Part shown: positions 56,851 to 64,000 of the stretch, piece after piece
How positions within the stretch are numbered: the stretch's first letter is position 1
Layout: each line of letters begins with the position of its first letter
Source of the DNA: Octopus vulgaris
Lineage: Eukaryota
Assembly (NCBI GenBank): GCA_951406725.2
Contig: OX597818.1
Coordinates: forward strand, 34,038,001 to 34,102,000
Length of the DNA: 64,000 nt
Direction of reading: 5' to 3'
Notes under the pieces: generated by a model
What the model saw: only the letters and a program-made list of their open reading frames with translations
What the model was told of the DNA's origin: nothing
The model's database searches: none
Program-made: the position numbers and the translations under genes

Positions 56851-56939
56851 CATTTCCCTGAAGAGAAGATTACATTGTTTTACACCAAATTATTCCTTTG
56901 GAATAATACCAGAGATATCTTCGAAACATGTGTCGGATG
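56851..56939 (+). ncRNA. Type I hammerhead ribozyme, Penelope-type
   Basis: TCC-CTGAAGA-GAAGAT..ATCTTC-GAAAC-ATGT-GTC-GGA; self-complementary stem III. Confidence 0.72.
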
Positions 56940-56963
56940 TAAAAGAATTTGAATAACATCTGC

Positions 56964-56994
<31 letters not shown>

Positions 56995-56997
<3 letters not shown>

Positions 56998-57377
56998 GGT
57001 ATCTGAGAGACACCACCATGCCGAAATAGCAGTCAAATCCCTGACTCTAAAAACCATCTTAAATGTTCATATCGTACTATGAGATATGACTGAGACAAAT
57101 AAACTGGCAAAAAGATATTACTGAATAATTCAAGATCCTGGATTTCTAGCTTTGCTTCAAATAAGCTCCGTATTTATGTGCCCATCTGATATATTCAACT
57201 GACGAAGGCAGAGCTTATTTGAAGCAAAGCTAGAAATCCAGGATCTTGAATTATTCAGTAATATCTTTTTGCCAGTTTATTTTGTCTCTCTGTCTTATCT
57301 TATGGTGCGATATGGTTTTTAGAATCAGGGATTTGACTGCTATTTCGGCATGGTGGTGTCGTCTCTCAGATACCCTT
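56995..57377. repeat. Fold-back inverted repeat (about 170-bp arms, inner 72 bp perfect, 42-nt loop)
   Basis: 57097-57168 is the exact reverse complement of 57211-57282; outer arms carry a few indels. Confidence 0.92.
57193..57251 (+). ncRNA. Type I hammerhead ribozyme spanning the fold-back loop and right arm
   Basis: ATTCAA-CTGACGA-stem II-GAAA-TCC A GGA-TC-TTGAAT. Confidence 0.65.
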
Positions 57378-57469
57378 ATTTATAGTTGTAAAAAAATATT
57401 ACCTTTGTATGGTATTTATTCCCATGCTGGCCACTTGATAATATCGATATTTAAATATCGATATTATCC

Positions 57470-57519
<50 letters not shown>

Positions 57520-57580
57520 GAGTAAACACATAAATGTGAAACAAGGTGGAAAAAAGAGTACTCAAATACCAGTGGTAGAG

Positions 57581-57621
<41 letters not shown>

Positions 57622-57956
57622 TACATGTGCGTGTGTTGTGAGAGAGAGGTATGGGTATGTATGCAGGTATGTATTTACGTATATGAATATAAAAGAAATA
57701 TATATAGAGAGAAAGCGTGAAAAGACGCATACAGACAGATTGGGATGGCAGGCGATAACATTTCTCAATTACTAATTTGTTTCTTCTTTTTTAGAAACGG
57801 GTGATATTTCACGAAATATTATAGAACCAATTAAACTACCTATATAATGTAACACTATTTCGTTTGTCTTTGATTTCATTCTTTGACAACGCAATCTAAC
57901 ATTTTTGTCTGTTGTCTAATTTGTATTGCTAAGTAGTTTTTCAGGCATTTATCTTT

Positions 57957-57999
<43 letters not shown>

Positions 58000-59274
58000 C
58001 TAGCTAGATAGACAGACAGACAGACAGGCAGGCAGTCAGACAGACAGACAAACCTGAAACTAAGACAACGTTCATTAGAAAGCATTTGTTATCATTTTTC
58101 TTCTTCTGGCAATCAAAAGAATATTGCATAAACAAATGGCTAAGAGCCTAAATTTTTTACCAATAATCCCTTGATCCTAAGGCCTAATACTATTTGTCTG
58201 ATATACGCACCGTTCTCCTAGACAGTACGGTCTTCGAGGAATGAAACTGCATTCGAAACTGCGTTGCAATCTCTTTCAAACTTATAGCTTAGAAGTTTCC
58301 TCGGTAATGTTGATATAAATCTATGTAAAGTACATTTATGAGTATCTACCAATGTATTTTGTATTTCTATAGATTTTAGTTTTTAATATCGACAATAAGT
58401 TACTGTCTGGAAATTTTGTTCAGAACCACGAAAAAAATATGTATGATTAAAAGCAAATATTTCAGCACAATGATTTACAAGTAGAAGAATAAATGCTTTA
58501 AAAAAATAGACATCGAATCAGTTTTGTCTTGTTTGCTTGTCTTTTTTTTCTTCTATAAAATCTAACATTGATCTATATATGGAATTTCATTTACAAAATG
58601 GCTTGGTGTTTTGAATATTATAAATGATGTAGACAAACCAAAATGTTTTTACTAGACAATTTGTACATACATACAAAGGAGAAGACGTATGTAAACAAAT
58701 TCATATATATATACGTAAATCTACGTGTGTACACTCAAAATGGCGCCCATCTAAAAACAATGCATGTTCGATAAATGGCTGTTTTTTTTAACGGTTGAAT
58801 CAAAGAAACCTTTTACTCAAAAATCAATGCTATACTCGAAACAAACTTGAAATACCCTTGAAATACCACTTAAAAGTAACGTAACAAGGCACTATGATAG
58901 AAACAAAAAGTCTTCAAAAACAAATTAAAATGTTTACATTAGAAATCGTAAATATAAACAATATCTTTATTAAACTTATAAATTCAATCATAAACTGTGT
59001 AAATCTTATTCAAAGAAAAGAAAATCAATTATCTGAATATATTAAGACGTAAACACGCTAATGTCAGAATGAATTAGGCTATTTTGCATCGAAGTAATTC
59101 AATCCTTCACTGATTAAAAAAAACGCTTGCTAGAAGGAATTTAATCGAACTAAAACAAATGTTATTTTACTGCTAAGTTCAATAGGTGGGGCTAAGGTGT
59201 TATAAGCGGTGACTCATAACAGAGGAAAGTCACTGGCAGTCACAATTAATATAAATTAGTAACGGGAAGTCAAC

Positions 59275-59646
59275 AGGCACCAGCGTGGCTGTGTGGTAAG
59301 GAGCTTGCTTCCCAGTCACATGGTTCTGGGTTCAGTCCCACCGTGGGCAATTGCCTTCTACCGACCAAAGTGGATCGGTAGACGGAAACTGAAACAAGCC
59401 CCTCGTATATGCGCGCGCACGCGTGTGTGTGTGTGTGTGAGTGTTTGTATGTCCCTCTTCATCACCGCTTGACAACCGGTATTGGTGTGTTTACGTCCTC
59501 GTAACTCAGTGGTTTGCCATAAGTGACCGCTAGAATAAATAACAAAATTGAGTACTGGAGTTGATCAATTCGACTAAAATTTCTTCAAGCCAGTACTCCA
59601 GAATGGCCTTAGTCTAATGACTGGACCAAATGAAAGATAAAAGATA
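59275..59646 (+). mobile_element. SINE family A (old)
   Basis: Diverged copy with head and tail. Confidence 0.85.
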
Positions 59647-59817
59647 AAGGATATTCATCTCTAGGACGTGTTATCGGACTGGTTATGAAGGTATTACACA
59701 AACAGAATTTCAAGTTTAACTAACACAGCAGAATTCGATGTAAACAAAGCTGAAAACTGTTTTACAGTCAGCATTGTAGATGTCTATTTTCCAAGAGACA
59801 GGAGTAAAATAATCGGA

Positions 59818-60180
59818 ATCATCATCATCATCATCATCATCATCATTGTTTAACGTCCGTTTTCCATGCTAGCATGGGTTCGACAGTTCGACCGGGATCT
59901 GGGAAGCCAGGAGGCTGCACCAGGCTCCAGTCTGATCTGGCAGGGTTTCTACAGCTGGATGCCCTTCCTAACGCCAACCACTCCGTGAGTGTAGTGGGTG
60001 CATTTTACGTGCCAGCGGCACGGAAGCCAGTCAAGGCGGCTCTGGCGTCGGCCACGTTCGGATGCTGCATTTTGCGTGCCAGCGGCACAGGTATCACAAC
60101 TACAATTTCCATTTGAGGTTTTGATGTTGATATACTTGACTCAATAGGTCTCCTCAAGCACAGGGTCTCCTCAAGAACAG
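59818..60180 (-). mobile_element. SINE family E (Ceph-domain/RTE-tail-like), (GAT)n tail
   Basis: Minus strand GGTTGGCGTTAGGAAGGGCATCCAGCTGTAGAAAC..GGACGTTAAAC(GAT)n. Confidence 0.65.
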
Positions 60181-60588
60181 TGTATATATATATATCATCG
60201 TCATCATCCCAGTGTGTAACGTACTGTGCGATATTTGATCATTTGCTCTTAGTACACAATGTAGATACCATTGTGTTATGTATTTTATATTTTATCGTGA
60301 AGTTTATGAACACTAGCGTCGTTGGTTATAAGTTCCGAAAGAGCCTATTGTTAGTTCATTGCATTTATTAGAGGAAAAGTGACAGGTTAACTGTGTAATA
60401 CAAAGTATTTTTCTCAGGCATACCAATTTATCAACGATATTCGCGCCGATGTGTCTATCATTTCGCCTAAACATACAGGCGCAAGCGCACACACATACAC
60501 GTGTATCCATGCTTACAGATATGTATATATACGTATGTAGATAGATAGACAGACAGATAGATATATAGATATATAGATAGATAAATAG

Positions 60589-60673
<85 letters not shown>

Positions 60674-60914
60674 AAGAAATATATAATTACACACACACAC
60701 ACATATATATATATGTATATATATATTTGATTTATATCAGCGTTAAACTCCATTTATTTATTTATATATTATACAAAAAATTCCACGTAAATCCGAAGTT
60801 TCTCCCTTTAAAAAGAAGGAATCACAACCTCTTTACCTGTGTGTTCTTTTGCTACCCTGGTAACTATTTATCAATTTTTTCCGTGTTAATTGTTAACAAG
60901 GGAAAGATACACAC

Positions 60915-60995
<81 letters not shown>

Positions 60996-61100
60996 TTCAG
61001 CAAAATTTAGAGTCAGATGAATACCTACAGTTTTTAATAAAATGAAGTAGAATGAAACGACTGTACTACACTACCTTGGATATCCTTGCTGCTTATTCTG

Positions 61101-61150
<50 letters not shown>

Positions 61151-61532
61151 TTGAACTGTATTGCAAAGTTAACAATGTGTTTATGTATGAACCAGCCACA
61201 ACAATTTGACCTCAAACATTCGCTTTTGGATCGAGAATCTTAACTTATATGGAATTATTATGGCAGATGTGATTCTATTGTTGCTCTCAGGTTTGGCATC
61301 GCTTTAGTTCATGATCCACAAAATTTAATACGATGTAAATAAGTTCTTGCGATATCCAGATGTAATAAAAATATGAGGATCCTGATAAAAGCAAAGCCTT
61401 AGTAGTAGCTTAACGCTACATAGAAGTTCAGCCTACACAGGCACGTACACACAAACACACACATGCACGCGCATACACGCAGAACATGTCTCTCTCTCCT
61501 CTCTCTCTCCCTGTATATGTGTATGTGTGTGT

Positions 61533-61626
<94 letters not shown>

Positions 61627-61636
61627 CAGCAGCAGC

Positions 61637-61668
<32 letters not shown>

Positions 61669-61714
61669 CAGCAGCAGTAGTAGTAGTAGTAGTAGTAGTA
61701 GTAGCAGCAGCAGC

Positions 61715-61812
<98 letters not shown>

Positions 61813-61920
61813 CGGTAGTAGTAGTAGTAGTAGTAGTAGTAGTAATAGTCTGGGCGGTGCTGGCGATGATAATGGTAATGGCTCACTTGGTGGTGGTGGT
61901 GGTGGTGGTGGTGGTGGTTA
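61533..61920. repeat. (AGT/AGC/GGT)n microsatellite
   Basis: Directly visible. Confidence 0.95.
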
Positions 61921-63216
61921 TGACGGTGGTGCTACTGCATTAAGCGTGTCGGACCGATTTAGTTTGACCAAAAGGCTTAAAGATTTCGAATAAAAATCGG
62001 ATGCGGATTTATCATGAGCTAACGAATACCATTTCACCATCAAGCCCTTTCGTCCATTTCAGCCATTTTACTATTTTGCCATTTAGCCAACAAGAAATAT
62101 TCAACCCAGCTATCCAAACCATCGGCCTGTCTAACGCTGAACGTTGTACAAAGCCTGGCCTGTCAGCTTATCCAGGATTGTGAAGATTTCAATAAACTTT
62201 CCATTATGTATTCACATCCATAAGAAGAACGAACTAACTCCTCTAAACTTCGTAACATTAATTCGTTCTGTAAGAAATTAGATTTCAGTTGCCAGCGTCG
62301 ATTAAATGTGCAAAATCAGCCACTAGGTCAATAAAAATCTTTGTCGTTACTCATTCCAAGTACGTCTTGACTTGGTATAATTAATCTTATCCTTAGAGCC
62401 AATGAAATGGACTTTCATCGACAGATCGTGCCATGTCTTTACCTTACGGTCAACACCAGAATAATACGGATATTTTTCTCTTTTTTTTTTGTTCTACCCC
62501 CGCCCTACAAGAAATTGGCTTTGTTCTGTTTTTTTTTGTTGTTGTTTTGGGGGTTTTTTTTTACAACTCCAGACGCCCACCGTAAACGTAGCCCCAGCCA
62601 CTATCATAAGCTAGTGCTAAATAGCTTAGAAGTAAGCACAGATCTGTTATAACAGATGCCGGAGGTGGTAAGACCTGTTTGGATTAGGGCTGGGTTGGGC
62701 CGGCTTGGATTGTCTTGGTCTGTTGTTACCATTGTTGATGATGGTAGCAGTGTCCGGCTTGCTATTGTTGCTGTCGTTGTTATTGCTGCTGTTGTTGGGG
62801 GGGGGCGACAGTAGCGGTGGCAGCGACGGTGGTGGTGGTGGTGATGGCGGTGTTGTGATGGTGGTCTTGGCTGTGACAGTGGGAGATGATGAGGTGTCGA
62901 TGGGGAAATTGCAGTGGAGGTGAGTGTGGTGACGGTGGTGGATTTGGTAGTGGTGGTGTGGTGGTCTTGGTAGTGGGGAGGGTCGTCGTCGTCATTGTCG
63001 TTGTCGTGTTTATGATGATCGTCGTGGTAGTGGATATGTTGATGTGTTTAAAATAAGAATATCGGCTGCTTTATATCCAAGAACCGAAGTTCATTTGACT
63101 GAAGGACAATTTGCTTAAAACCTTTTTAGTTAAATAGATTTGGTCAACATTCCAGAGATATAATTACTTTTATATACTCGTACTTCTTTATAGTTACACA
63201 TCCTTACACAAAGTTA

Positions 63217-63766
<550 letters not shown>

Positions 63767-64000
63767 TTTTAAGATAACTGCTTGAAATATTGTTTTCACC
63801 TTTTTCCGCCTAGAATATCTGTTATAGTCCGTAAAATTCGATTGTTCTTTCTTAAAATATCCTTTATTCATAATGTTGTTTGTTGAATAAGTCATCATCA
63901 AGGTTTGACTTTTCCTGGGTTTTTCCTATTTAAAATTTTACCTGAAGATGGTGGATTTATGTTATATTACAATCTATTAATACATCAATAAAATCCTAGC

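Noticed and set aside
63942-64000. CTGAAGA followed by a GGATTT..AAATCC stem at the window end
   Set aside because: The GAAA half would lie outside the window, so it cannot be evaluated.

Overview
Eukaryotic, AT-rich, non-coding DNA saturated with microsatellites and transposable elements. The tRNA-derived SINE families resemble octopus (coleoid cephalopod) repeats as I recall them; this is an inference, not a database result. I see no intact protein-coding gene, and almost all ORFs in the supplied track are microsatellite translation artefacts. Supported content: about 25 SINE copies from 5 families; decayed LINEs (two R4/Dong-like RLE, one HERO-like RLE, RTE, Penelope); Tc1/mariner, hAT, Helitron and Helentron-type relics; a Mos-like kinase fragment; and two initiator-tRNA relics. 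The most interesting signals are: (1) a dense, sequence-diverse set of hammerhead ribozyme (HHR) motifs, mostly in short Penelope-like, fold-back units next to (TA)n, including a palindromic/tandem triple HHR with a 47-nt unit; (2) a non-circularly permuted ('jumbled') HHR at 26139-26204; (3) a double palindrome at 9819-9890 that matches a hAT excision footprint; (4) an RLE retrotransposon apparently embedded in (GTAT)n. All ribozyme calls come from manual folding and are untested.
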